Assembly (NCBI GenBank): GCA_964016885.1
Contig: OZ024755.1
Coordinates: 23,808,001-23,872,000, forward strand
From: Eledone cirrhosa
Lineage: Eukaryota
DNA length: 64,000 bases
Reading direction: 5' to 3'
A program made the translations under genes and the position numbers. This document shows positions 39,532 to 52,417 of this stretch, one piece after another. Under the pieces are notes generated by a model. That model saw nothing but the letters and a program-made list of their open reading frames with translations. It was not told where the DNA came from and did not search any database. Numbering within the stretch: position 1 is the stretch's first letter; each line of letters opens with the position of its first letter.

Positions 39532-40013
39532 TTAAACAATGTACTGTTTGTGAATGTCTTATGAATTTGTTTCTTTGAGATGATAATATGTTTTCATACT
39601 ATTGAAGAGCATGAATTGTTATTTCACATTTAAAAAAGATCACTGCTAAATCATAAGCATAGCATGGTCACAGCTTAAATACCCACAGTGAGAGGTTGTT
39701 TTTTGATGAGGCAACAGTCACGTCAACAAACTGCAACTGTGCCACTAATATAATGTTGAGCTTACAGAATTCAAAGAGAGATATATTAACCACAGAACAT
39801 CATTTCATTACCCCTGGGTCTCTTGCTGGTTGGTTTTGCCCATAAAATCTGTCCAGTGATTCTTACCTAAGATGTTATAACCACATGTTCATAATATCAG
39901 AACTGACAATACTCAGAATTAAAAAAATCTTTTTCTCTGGCATGAAAGTCTTATACTTATTTGCATAAGAAATGTCACATAGCAGACAATAAATAACATA
40001 GATAACAACTCAC

Positions 40014-40166
40014 CAATCGAGTAGGCTTTGGCTCTCCACTGTTACTCTTCAAGCTTTTGACTGCTTTTTTCCACATGCCTTTGATACTTGCAGACGAATG
40101 TGCTTTTTTTGATTCCTGATCAGTTCCCTCCACAGCACCATTGTGCTTTGGGCTTAAGACTTCGAT
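40014..40166 (-). CDS. Internal coding exon of an unidentified host gene (IEVLSPKHNGAVEGTDQESKKAHSSASIKGMWKKAVKSLKSNSGEPKPTRL)
   Basis: Poly-T tract + ccag acceptor, gtgagt donor, 153 nt in phase 0-0, non-repetitive protein-like sequence. Confidence 0.82.
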
Positions 40167-40574
40167 CTGGAAAAAAAAAAAAAAAATTAAAAGGATTATA
40201 TTTTGAAAGTTGTTCATTATATTTACAGCAATATATTTTGGGAAATAGAATTAAACTATACAACATGGTAGACTGTCATAAACCTTCTCCAATAAATCTT
40301 TGGTAGAATGCCATTCCTTTAGCTAAGAACCTTTGTTGTTTCTTTACTAGGAACTCAAGTCAAACCCAAACTGAATGTTATAACAATTATTTGGATTACT
40401 GTTTATACTAATGATGAAGATGATGGTGGTGATAAGTAGTTTGATAATGACAATAAGGAAGAAAAAGAAGAAACAAAAATAATTTGAGTAGCTGTTGTAT
40501 TTTCATAGTTGAACCAGTTACTTCCATTACCAAGTGGCGAATGAAGGTAACTTTCTTCAGAACAGAAACATGTT

Positions 40575-40925
40575 TATTTATTCAATTCTACTATGTTAAT
40601 GTGGAATGTGCATGCATGACAAAACATGGATGAACTGAGAGAAAAGCTGGGTATAAACAAAATCAGATATAGTGTGCAGGAGAGAAAACTTCTGGTATGG
40701 ACATGTGATGCATATGGATGATGATTGTGTTTGGTGAAGGAGTGCTAAGAAATCTCAGTGGAAGGAAGCAGCAGTAAAGGTAGACCAAGGAAGATCTGGG
40801 CAGAGGTTGTGGGAGCTGGTTTCAAATCCCTGAAACTGATAGAAGAGATGACAAAGGACCACAACAAGTGAAGGGACGCTGTACTGGTCTATCCAACCCA
40901 TCCAAATATGCAAAAGCAGACTTAA
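40575..40925 (+). mobile_element. RTE LINE 3' end, decayed
   Basis: Homologous to 11020-11388 (WYGHVMHMDDD..GRPRKIW). Confidence 0.75.
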
Positions 40926-41864
40926 ATTATTGATTTTAACATTGACACAGTGTCATCGACAATTGAATTAACAATAATACGCACAAGTTAGAGTAAATTC
41001 TGTTTGGCTACACAACTCTGGCAAATTCTGTTAACTGTATAACATTTTAAAACACTGGCCCCTTTGGTCTTGGATCTATGTAAAACTGACTAACCAACTG
41101 TACATGCAAATAAAGATAATTTTTGTTATTGTGTGTTATTTTGTTGTTTTAAGTACTGACTTCATTAGCTGTGCTCATGCCAATCCATAGTCTCACAGAG
41201 ACTATGGATTGGCATGAGAAAGGGGGATGGGTATAGTAGGTTAAACATTTGACAGATTTGCATTGCAGAAGAAAGAAGGTATGGAAGCTGAAAGCTCTCT
41301 CAGTCAGGCATGGGTTTAAAGAAGTACTTATTGATTTGTATGACAAGAAGGAGGGAAAATAGAGAATTATGATAAAAGGGACAACTGGGAGTTTCTATGA
41401 GTGAACCTGCTGTATGGTATGCATCCTAAACACTCACTCCGACTGTTGCAGACTGCACATCAACATGAGATATTCTTCTCCACAAAGTTTGATCACCAAC
41501 AGCAGAGTTTAAAGAGTAAAGGTGAAGTCCTGTCCATAAGTTGACATTATCAAGCCAGTGTTTTGGTTGTCGAACTTTGCTTTTCTTACCGGCTAACTTT
41601 CCTTCTAGGCATAACTTACATCATGAGTTGAGCTACTGCATACTACAGACCTAATCTGTGAATGAAGTAAAATTAGTACTGGGGTAGATTATTCCTATAT
41701 ATCCTTTCTCACCTCCTTTATTTCACTCTACCCTTCTCTGGAAGAAATCAGCTGTATTCAGGCCTGTTGAGGGCACCATTAATTTTAGAATATACCCTAA
41801 GTAATGCTATATGTCATTATGGTTGGCACCTCTGCAACTCCATCAGAAGTTATGATTCCATACT

Positions 41865-42420
41865 ATACCATATGAAATCAAAAACTGAGAAATATGAAGC
41901 AGAAATCAAAAGAATGATTGAGATTGCTAGAAAGTAATTTGAAAAAATGTCATTGAAATATCAAAACAGATTAATATCAAAACCAGAAAAAAAAATATCT
42001 AAAAATGAATGCAGGTTCTAATATAATATGAAGCCAAAACATGAACATTAACAAAAGTATTATCAACTAGATTATAAGCCTTTTAGATATGGACATATAG
42101 AAGACTTTTTAGTGTATTGTGGATAGAAAAGAAAGCCAAGGATGAAAGACTAACAATGACAAAAAAATCAAAAAACATTATTGAACATCATCAAAACTAT
42201 GTTATTGAAACATTTTCTGAACATTTAATAAGAAAAAAATAGTTTGTAGAAGCTATTAATGAACAAAATGAGTGGGAAGACAAGCTGAGAAAACTAAGAA
42301 TTATGTGGATGAATAATATCAAGAATTAGGCTTGAAATACAGTGAATGTATAAAAACAGCATTAGAAGAGTGAGATAGCATTCTATGATATCCAACATAA
42401 TGATAGAACATGGTTACTGA
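41865..42420 (+). pseudogene. Old RTE-like LINE C-terminal remnant
   Basis: EIKRMIEIAR, WTYRRL and RIMWMNNIK-like traces in broken frames. Confidence 0.5.
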
Positions 42421-42641
42421 TTACGTATCCAGATGATATATTAGATTGTGAAATATTCATTCGGTTGGTTAATAATATACTTTCATAGGGTTACTCCCTT
42501 TTAAATTTGCTATGGTAAGATTCTTTTGTTATCTTGGCAATTTAACATTCTTCCTATGCATTGTTTTGGTTTTCAATATTTACTTTTATTTAAATTTATA
42601 TTCAGTTTTATAAATAACTTTACAAATATATTTTGAATATA

Positions 42642-43211
42642 CAGTAATCCCGTTTATTACAGGGGATATGTTCCAAACCAACCGCGATAAATGAAAATCC
42701 ACGATATAGAGAGACCATAAATATAACCGTTGTTTTCATAGTTTAAGCCTTAAAATACCTCTCCTACATGCTTTAAGTACATATAAACTCATTAAAACAA
42801 ACTATTGTATTTAAACACCCAAAACAGCCAGTAACGATTGTACCACTAATTACCAATGATGACCATTACCAGCCTCGTTAGCCGCTTGGTAATATACTGC
42901 ACATCTCCCGTCAATCTATGAATGGTTTTTGTAGTAGATTAGAGAAAAACACAATCAGTAACGGAATGAAAAATAAAAACATGCCCTTTCCTTATGCTAT
43001 GCACTTCAATCACATCGAAACTTATTTAATAAGTTTAAATTTTAAACACTCTTTATTCAGATGTAAGTACCGCGATAAGAAAATAGATATGTTCTAATGA
43101 AAAATCCGCGATGTAGCAGGGATTACAATGATAGGAAATTAGATACATTCCAAAGAAAAATCCGTGATGTAGCGGGACAGCGAAAAGTGAAATGCGATAT
43201 ATCAGGGGATC
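42642..43211. mobile_element. Tigger/pogo-like non-autonomous DNA transposon
   Basis: taCAGTAATCCC left end, repeated ccgcgat subterminal motifs, degenerate ggggat right end. Confidence 0.65.
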
Positions 43212-44423
43212 AGATTTCAGGAAATGCCTCAAAGTGTTTAGTTAACCCTTATGATATGATGTGCAACTGATTGTCACACTTGGTGGAGGACTGTCACGCC
43301 ATTTTTTTTTTCCTCTCTGTTTGAGTTTATATTTGTATATATTATATGTGTTTGTGTTTTCGTTCTGTAAACATTATATTATTATATTTTTTATCATAGA
43401 TATCTTGAAAATATATTTTCCTAAAATTTATGTAGATATTTAAAATATATTTGTAATGCTATTTATAAAACTGTAAATATACAAACTGTTGTTAAAAAGA
43501 ACATAAGTTTTAGGCTGCTGTAAAGTTTGTTTATAATTTGAAAGAGAATTGAGCCATTATACCTAATTTATAACATAAAATTACAGAATTGGTTAATGTA
43601 TAAAGTGAAAAAAAATAATGGGTATGTTTTTCTTTACATTCATTGTGTATTTTTATTAATCTCATCTCAAATGTTTCTATGTATATCTCGAAAATGATCA
43701 GCAAACATTTTGAAACAAATTAATTGAAATAAATAAAGAACTGCATCATTAAAAGATACAAGAAAACTAACAGTCAGAAATAAATGTTGATATTGTTTTC
43801 TTTCAAAACCTGCCATTATTGACACTCAAATGTATCATGGTAATGTTTATAAACTAGTAGCAATAAGTAGTTAGAAAATATCTTTCAAAAAACAGTCAGT
43901 GAGCAGAATAGCAGTCTTTCATCAATGATAGCTAAAATGCTCACATAATCATAACCAGGAAACAAGGGAATATAAACGAAAAACTGCAAATAGATTTAAT
44001 GGAAGAGAAAGGAAAGCGAAATACATTTTTATAGAGAGTCATTCAGAATAGATATCAACAAAAATAAATTGCATATATTTTATTGGTTGAATCATTTCTA
44101 TGGCAGGGATTTAATGACATTGGATCATGAATTGAAAACTAATAAAGCTTTCTGAATAGAATCAAGGGTAAAAAGCACACCATTCAAGATTTTTTGGTTG
44201 CCAGTGTTTAAGTTGAGCTGGAAACAGAGATACAATTTCATCCCTCTTTCTATTTTTGTTACAGAGTGTTACCATTCCAACCTGCTTAAAAAGCATATGT
44301 CGGATTCACAATATATGTCATAATTGAGTTTGGTGAGAGTCTACATGTTGTAATATCTCATACATTGTTTGGAGCTTAGTATTCAGGGCATGATGTATCC
44401 AGTTTGATATCAAACCTAATTTG

Positions 44424-44656
44424 GAATGAAAATATAAACACAAATATAAACACATAAAACAAATACGATTATCTATTGCAAGGAACCTCATAAATACAAG
44501 GCATTAAAATATATGACCAGAACAAAAGAAAGAAAAAGAAAGTGGGGGTAACAAAAACATTAAAAAATGACCAAATGCAACAAACAGTTGCGTTATATTT
44601 GTGAAGTTCTTAGCCATAGTTAATCGTATTTGTTATATGTGTTTATATTTTCATTC
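44424..44656. repeat. Imperfect inverted repeat (~70-bp arms)
   Basis: gaatgaaaatataaacac..aacaaatacgatta pairs with taatcgtatttgtt..gtgtttatattttcattc. Confidence 0.75.
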
Positions 44657-44728
44657 TATATATTCTATATATCTGTGTATAGACGACAACCAAGAGAAAA
44701 GAGTACTCAATACTGAAGTAGAGTTTAA

Positions 44729-44831
44729 ATATTCATTTTATTAAGGCTAAATAGCAAGTCTTGTTACTCTGGAGTTTGGCCTGCTGGCAAAACTCCAGGG
44801 TAATAAGACTCACTATTTAGCCTTAATAAAA

Positions 44832-44838
<7 letters not shown>
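44729..44838. repeat. Near-perfect 110-nt hairpin abutting (TA)n
   Basis: 53-bp arms, 4-nt loop TGCT, few mismatches. Confidence 0.9.
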
Positions 44839-44880
<42 letters not shown>

Positions 44881-45894
44881 TGAGAGATAACAATGAATAC
44901 AGTGATGAATTTAGTGTGCAAATGAGGGTCAATCAAAACTCAGTCATTAGTCACTTTTTATTTATTATAATCATCCAGGCCATAATGAAGGAGTTTAGGA
45001 CTGGATATCCATGGGAACTCCTGTATGATGGTGATGATCTCATTCTCATAGCTGAAGGGATAGAGTTAGAGAAGAAATTGGAATTGAAAGTCCTCAGAGG
45101 GAAATTAGCAAAGACTAAGGCCCTATAGTAAGTAGGTGAAGGCTGACCTCATGAACTTCATATAGGAGTTGACATAGGATAGTTGACAGGCAATTTGCTG
45201 TACTACAGTAAATCCACCTTCCTATACAAGCAGGGTGAGATGTGCATGGAGAGGATTGTAGCGTAGAGGTTGAGATGTATTGACATTTAGTTTCAATCCC
45301 CTTGACCTTGCCTCTACCCCTTCATTCTTGCTATCTAAATATGATGTTACCTACACATAAAAGAGCAATATCACCAGATGACATTAAACAAAAGACTGAA
45401 TAAAGAGACCTAATATTACTAATTTTTAATGTAGATTAATGCCCTTAAATTTTGGCAAATTAATGCTTGGCTAGCAATGACTGAAAGCACGTAGCTTAGT
45501 GGTTAGAGAGTTGGATTCACAATATTGAGGTTGCGAGTTCAATTCTCGGACTGCGTTATGTCCTTGAGCAAGACACTTTATTTTATGTTGCTTTTTCTGC
45601 CAAGCATTGCAATCACTAGATAGTATCAGTAATGGAAAGACCAATGGAAACATTGTTTCCTTGGTTTGATTTGCAAGCGAATGAGGTCTTGTCGATCGAT
45701 CAGAGCAAGAGTGAGCAATGATTGAAAAGCATTATCTTAGTGACACAAGAGATGTAAACAGAGACAACACAAAAAAGTACCACAATGTATTTCTAAAATG
45801 GAAAAAAAAATGATTGTTGATCTCCAAAAATCCATTGATCATGTAGCAATGCTTATAACACATGAACAAAAACAAAACTACTCTTCTTCACCCA

Positions 45895-46497
45895 AAGAGT
45901 GGAAAATAAAGTAGAAATGATGTTTGGAAATAGTAAAAAAAGAACTCTTGAATACAAATTGATCACCTCCAAACAAAGTTTAAGAACAATCAGTGAGAAA
46001 TTCTGGCATCAGAAGAGAGTAGCTAAAAGTAAAATGAATAATAAGAAATATAGTCAAAACCAAACAACATTATATAGAGATATGAGGGTTAAATCAATAA
46101 TATCACTTTACAATGCAATCTGTAGAGAAGAAAATCCTTGATATACAAAAAGTATAGAGATGCAAGCAAACCACATCGATACAACGGATATAGGCTATGG
46201 AGTTAAACATTAAGGATATCATCCACAACATAAGTAGATGTTCAAAGATGCTATCATGGTACTATTTAACTATAAGGTATGATGCAGTGGCCAAAACACT
46301 ATATAATGCAATCCATAGAAAGGATAGTCCTAATTATAAAAATATACAAAGTTACAGCAAAGTCGAGAGAATGTTAACACATTCTATGAGAAAATACTGG
46401 TGGAATATTCCAATGAAAACCCAAGAAAATGTAAACATAACAGACCAGATATAATGATAAAGGCCAGAAAAAATCAGGCATACACAGTAGTGGAAAT
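45895..46497 (+). pseudogene. R4/Dong-like RLE-domain remnant
   Basis: IIHNISRC..YYLTIRYDAVAKTLY..KYWWN and CKHNRPDIMI..VVEI motifs with stops and frameshifts. Confidence 0.7.
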
Positions 46498-46939
46498 ATA
46501 TATATATATTTGTCTGTGTACCTATCTGAACTTTTGTAGAAACACCTTGTTTATATTATTCATTCCGAGTGAATTGTTTCTTTTGTAAATCATATTTATT
46601 TCATAATCATATTGATATGTAGCAGATGTTTTTTTTAATAAATAAAGATTCATATATCATCACATAAGATTTTAATCTATTTATCTCTCTTTTTATTTAA
46701 TTATTTATATTTATCCATCTGTCTGTCCGTCCGTCCATCTATCCAACCATCTATCTTTATATATCTGTTTGTATGTCTATTCATCCAGTTCTCTCACTCA
46801 CCTCTCCCTCTCTGTCTCTGTCTATTTATCCATTCTATCAATGTGTGTCTCTTAATCCCTATATACATATACCAATGAGACAAGACAAATATGCTAAGTT
46901 AATGAGTTTGAGTTTACACTAATGTGTGTGTGTGTATAT

Positions 46940-47210
46940 ATCATCATCATCATCATCATCATTTTACGTCCACTTTTCCCTGCTTGCAAGGGTGGGACGG
47001 GAACTGATTCTGGCTTGATTTCTACAGCTGGATGCCCTTCCTAACACCAACCTCATTTACAGTGAGTGCTGGGTGCTTTTTTGCCGAGGCACCTCCACGA
47101 CCACTTTATAGTGGAATGATAGGGACCCCAGTCCCTATCATCTTATTTCTACACCTGAGTAAACTGGAGCAATGTGAAATAAAGTGTCTTGCTCAAGGAA
47201 ACAACACATC
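46940..47210 (-). mobile_element. SINE family B, 5'-truncated
   Basis: Matches 27115-27383. Confidence 0.88.
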
Positions 47211-47229
47211 ATATATAAGTATATATATA

Positions 47230-48130
47230 TATTGAGGGCACCTCAATGAGAATACTCACAGGCGAATAATGTAGATACAAAATTCACTGAGTAGGAAATA
47301 ACGATGGGGTAGGCAGTGTAGGCATCTTAATTGCTGAGAATTGGATAGATAAGGTGATAGAAGTAGTTAGAGTAAGTGACAGAATCATCAAGCTTAGATT
47401 AACTGTAGGATATAGAATGGTGACAATCACATCAACCTATGCTCCATGGGTGGGATAGTGTAAAGGACAAAAAGACTGTTACAGAAAACTTCAGGTTCGG
47501 CTGAAAGAGACCTTATCATCTTGACAGGCAACTTTAATGGACATGTGAGACAGTACCAGAATAGATTCAGTGTAGTTTATGTTGGCTAAGGTTATGACTC
47601 AAGAAATAAAAAGGGATTGAGGCTCCCAGAATTTTCCGATGTAAATGAACTAACCATTTTCAATACAACTTTCTAGAAACCAGCTAGCTATCTAATCTGA
47701 TATCAATCAGGCAAGCACACATGCTAAATTGATTACTTACTCATAATGCAATGAGATAAACAGAGTGTAATAAACAATGGGGAAGAATGCACTGGGAAGA
47801 ATGCACTGGGAAGAATGCACTGCTCAACATAAGTTAGTTATTAGTGATATCAAAATACATGCAAGACTGTGTAAGACATGCAGGAAAATATGGAGATTGA
47901 GGGTGTGGAAGCTAAAGGACCTTTTGGTTCAATATAGGTTTAGAAAAGCCATACAGGGTGCACTTGCTGAAAGGGATGATGAGCTAAGTATATATAATGT
48001 AGAAAACAACTGGAAATTCTTGCGTGACAACCTTTTGCAAACTACTGATGAGACTTAGAGCTGGAGTAGAGTACCAGCAAGACAGAGGGTGACCTGGTGG
48101 ATAGAACCATTAAAGCCAAGAGACAGGCAT
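47230..48130 (+). pseudogene. RTE LINE apurinic-endonuclease region remnant
   Basis: GVGSVGILI, RVSDRIIKL, STYAP, GNFNGHV, IDY and QHKLV motifs with stops. Confidence 0.75.
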
Positions 48131-48349
48131 AGAAATACGTACAAACTTCAACAACATTTAACATCCTGATAATTAGACTGTGAAAGTCTAGAAACATTGA
48201 TGGCTGATTGAATCATCATCATCATCGTTTAATGTCTATCTTCCATGCTAGCATGGGTTAGATTTTAATAACTTTATTATTACAAATGAACTGCAAGGGG
48301 ACACCTGAAAATATGGAGAGAAAAAAATTAAATAAATGTATGAGGTGTC

Positions 48350-48684
48350 AGGTAATACCTGTGAGGGTGCTAGTTGTTTCAGTGCCTTAGTCTCGCCATC
48401 ACACGTGGTAATGCTGCAAGTGTATTGGCTAGCCTCAAAATGTTTCGTTGACTTATCCGACATGTGGCCCATTGTCACACTTGGTAAGTGAACTGATGGT
48501 CGTTTTCGTTTTTGCCTCCAACTTTTTTTTTCTTATCTCGCTCTGGTCATAAATTTTGGTGCGTTGTTTTTGTGAGGTTCCTAGCAATGGTTGGTTGTAT
48601 TTGTTATATACGGTTATTTTTGTGTTTATCAACAACATTATGTTTGTAATATTATTCTGAAAGAATTGTGACCAATTTGTAATG

Positions 48685-48690
<6 letters not shown>
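48350..48690. repeat. Unclassified interspersed repeat
   Basis: ccttag.ctcgccatcac.cgtgg.aatgctgc..gcctcaa.atgttt shared with 61140-61400 and partly with 43215-43440. Confidence 0.65.
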
Positions 48691-48758
<68 letters not shown>

Positions 48759-48760
<2 letters not shown>

Positions 48761-49372
48761 GGTGAAGTTGGAAATAGCACGGAAAATATATTTATGTTTT
48801 TTTCTTTTTTGATTCATCAAAGTGACCTTATTGAAAAGATAACACTATTAAAAAAATGAGAGGAACAATTCTTTAAAAACATTTTTTATAATGTATATAA
48901 AGTATATGAAGAATTAACGGTTTCGATGTATTATTAAAATCCATCTTATCAAATGTTGGGTGTAAAAAATTAAAAAGAATTAATAGGAGTTAAAAACTAA
49001 GGGTTTAAAATTAAAATCAAATGTTTGGAGTAAATTTTCTTCCATCCTTCTTGCTGAAAAATTGGGTGGACAGCAAATAGGATGGAAGAAAATTTACTCC
49101 AAACATTTGATTTTAATTTTAAACCCTTAGTTTTTAACTCCTATTAATTCTTTTTAATTTTTTACACCCAACATTTGATAAGATGGATTTTAATAATACA
49201 TCGAAACCGTTAATTCTTCATATACTTTATATACATTATAAAAAATTTTTTTAAAGAATTGTTCCTCTCATTTTTTTAATAGTGTTATCTTTTCAATATG
49301 TCACTTTGACGAATCAAAAAAGAAAAACAGACCCTTAAATATATTTTCCGTGCTATTTCCAACTTCACCTTT
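48759..49372. repeat. Long near-perfect palindrome (~300-bp arms, 14-nt loop) between (TA)n tracts
   Basis: Arms 48759-49056 and 49071-49372 are reverse complements with only a few differences. Confidence 0.95.
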
Positions 49373-50052
49373 TCTCTATATCCACTATTTTCTATAGAAT
49401 CCTTACTTTCCTTTTCTAATATATATATATATATATATATTATTTAATAAAAAGTTTAAGAATTTTCATTCAAATATTATTTGATAAATGTATGTGTGTG
49501 TTAAAGGGGAGAGGGGTAACCGCTACACTTTCTTCTCCAGAAATTGTTAGAAAATTTGAATTTTTCTCCATAATTTGAAACCTATAAAAAGTGACAAATT
49601 GTTGGAAACGAATTCTTTGATACCATTATTGCTTAAATAATTTCAAAGATTGGATCTATTTTATGTCATTGTTTGAAACTGGTAGATAAAAATATCTTCT
49701 AAAACTATTATTGGGAAAAATACTTAAAAGAACTGGATTCATAAAATAATAAAAGTGATCTATAATGTTATTGAATTTCAGACAATACTCAATATTTCAT
49801 TTCATGTTAGTCTATTCTTATGTAAGCAGAAAAGGGCAATATGCCTAGAAGGATGTAAGACTAGGACACATAAGTATTGACATTACTTGTTTGAGAGACA
49901 TGCCAAAGATTTATAGAATTAGAACAAAGTGATGGCATCACACCAAATAGGTTTCTTTAAAACTGAATATATATATATATATATACATACATACTAACAC
50001 ATATATATATATATATATATATACACATTTATACACACATACACGCACACAC

Positions 50053-50085
<33 letters not shown>

Positions 50086-50523
50086 TGAATATATGTTTGT
50101 GTGTGCATGTATACATATGAGAGAGCGAGAGAGAAGAGAAGAAGAATATGAAAAGGCTTGGCTTTTATCCCAAATAAAGCATTTTTTTTGCAAACATAAG
50201 TGCAACAAAATGCCTGGCAAGTCTTCTAATTAAAGTTAATGTGTTCAGTTCATATTTCACTATGTAGGGACCAGTTTTTAAGTTCCATTTATTTACATGT
50301 ATAATAACCTGTATTCTTATTTGTATTATTTTTAATAAGAAAATAAAATGTTTGAATTGTTGAAAAGATGAATATACTGAAGTTTTATCAATAACTTTGT
50401 CTACAGTTGTTAGAAAATCTATAGGTGAGATGTCGCATGGCTATAGACATAAATAGTTTGATAAAGAGAACTCATAGAAATAGTCTTCAGAATTGGAGAT
50501 ATCTTCAGACTTCCAAAGCTGCT

Positions 50524-50803
50524 GATGCTTCTTCTTCTCCGCCCACTTATTCCTGTGAGGATCGTGAGGGTAGAGTCCTTGAACACACCTTCCTGCAGGT
50601 CCTGTCAGAAGCAGCCATCTCCAACTGATTCGGCTGGATCCCCAAGTGAGACCAGCCAAGCTCATGGATGTCATCCAACCATCTTGCTTGGAGTCTACCC
50701 CTGGATCTCCTGCTGGTTGGTTTTTGCCTGTAAAATCTGTCCAGCGATTCTTTCCTGAGACATTCAAACTACATGCCCATAGTATTGGAGCTGTGATTTC
50801 TCA
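50524..50803 (-). mobile_element. RTE LINE 3' end (GAA-tail family)
   Basis: Matches the reverse complement of 36760-37038. Confidence 0.8.
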
Positions 50804-51526
50804 ACTTTATTAAATTTCCTCACCTATAGTAACAAAGAATAACATACTCCAGTTATCCTGACATATACGTACCATCTTCCCCATATTTTGATTATGTAAA
50901 ATACATCTTCTAACATAAAAAATAACATATTTGGAAGCTTATCAAGGGAAATAAATTCCACATTAACAATATACAGACAATGCATAGTTCTAGTCTGCTT
51001 TACTTCCGTAAGGTGCAAAAATAATTATTTATTTTTATTTAAAAATTTTAATTTTTAATTTTAACTTTTAATTTTAATTTTGTTCAACAATAATCCATGG
51101 TTACAATATTCAATTAACTTCCTCCATTGTCATTAATCAATCTATGCCAACTACCAGGTCACCTATCTGTTTTATATTTGCCCTCCAAAGTTCTCTACCT
51201 ATTATCATCATTCTGGGCTCTTCTATATTATCCACTCTGGTATCTTCCAACAAGCTATCAATATAATTACTTTTCCTTCTACCTCTGTTTATGTATCTAC
51301 CTGATGGTTGCCCATCACTAGCTATCCCTTCATGTCATGAAGGGATCAATTAAGTTTGTTTATTTACAATAAATTATAGGATTTAGAAATGATTGTTATA
51401 TTTTAATTATTGATTGGTAAATAAGTGTATGAAGATAACCAATAAAAACAATGTTTTATGAAATATTGGCTATAAGATCAATGATAAATAATACATAAAA
51501 TACTTTTCTTTAACAGAAATATATTC

Positions 51527-52054
51527 CAGCCCACACTGTAAAGTGATCGTGTAGGTGTCATGACAAAAAGCACCCAGCCCACATTGTAAAGTGATTGTGT
51601 AGGTGTCATGACAAAAAGCACCCAGCCCACACTGTAAAGTGATCGTGTAGGTGTCACGACAAAAAGCACCCAGCCCACACTGTAGAGTGATCGTGTAGGT
51701 GCCATGACAAAAAGCACCCAGCCCACACTGTAAAGTGATTGTGTAGGTGTCATGACAAAAAGCACCCAGCCCACACTGTAAAGTGATCGTGTAGGTGTCA
51801 CGACAAAAAGCACCCAGCCCACACTGTAAAGTGATCGTGTAGGTGTCACGACAAAAAGCACCCAGCCCACACTGTAAAGTGATCGTGTAGGTGTCACGAC
51901 AAAAAGCACCCAGCCCACACTGTAGAGTGATCGTGTAGGTGCCATGACAAAAAGCACCCAGCCCACACTGTAAAGTGATCGTGTAGGTGTCACGACAAAA
52001 AGCACCCAGCCTACACTGTAAAGTGATCGTGTAGGTGTCATGACAAAAAGCACC
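51527..52054. repeat. 48-bp tandem repeat x11 inside an RTE/SINE tail
   Basis: Unit cagcccacactgtaaagtgatcgtgtaggtgtca(t/c)gacaaaaagcacc; the tail continues to (ATG)n at ~52235. Confidence 0.95.
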
Positions 52055-52417
52055 CAACACAATGTGGTTGGCGTTAGGAAGAGCATCCAACTGTAGAAAA
52101 CCAGCCAGTAACACTCCTATATGAACAAGACACAGTCACCCGACCCAACTTGCTTCTATATGGGACAAACCTGTCTAACCCATGCTAGCATGGAAGATAG
52201 ACGTTAATCGATGATGTTGCTGATGATGACGATGAATATTCTATTATTTTTATTTACATTCTGAGTTCAAATCCCGCTGAGGTTAGATTTGCCTTTCATC
52301 CTTATTGCACTAGGGTCAACTTTCTCCTGCCCCAACATTGCTGGCCTTGTGCCTAAATCAGAAACCATTATTTTAATTTACCAATTATAATTATCCATAC
52401 ACATTTTGATTATTTAA

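Noticed and set aside
18737-40166. Assigning a gene name to the two exons
   Set aside because: No diagnostic domain lies in the window; any name would be a guess.
51470-52114. 214/202-aa repeat proteins, or a CRISPR-like array
   Set aside because: Contiguous 48-bp units with no unique spacers and no cas genes; the ORFs are a by-product of unit length.
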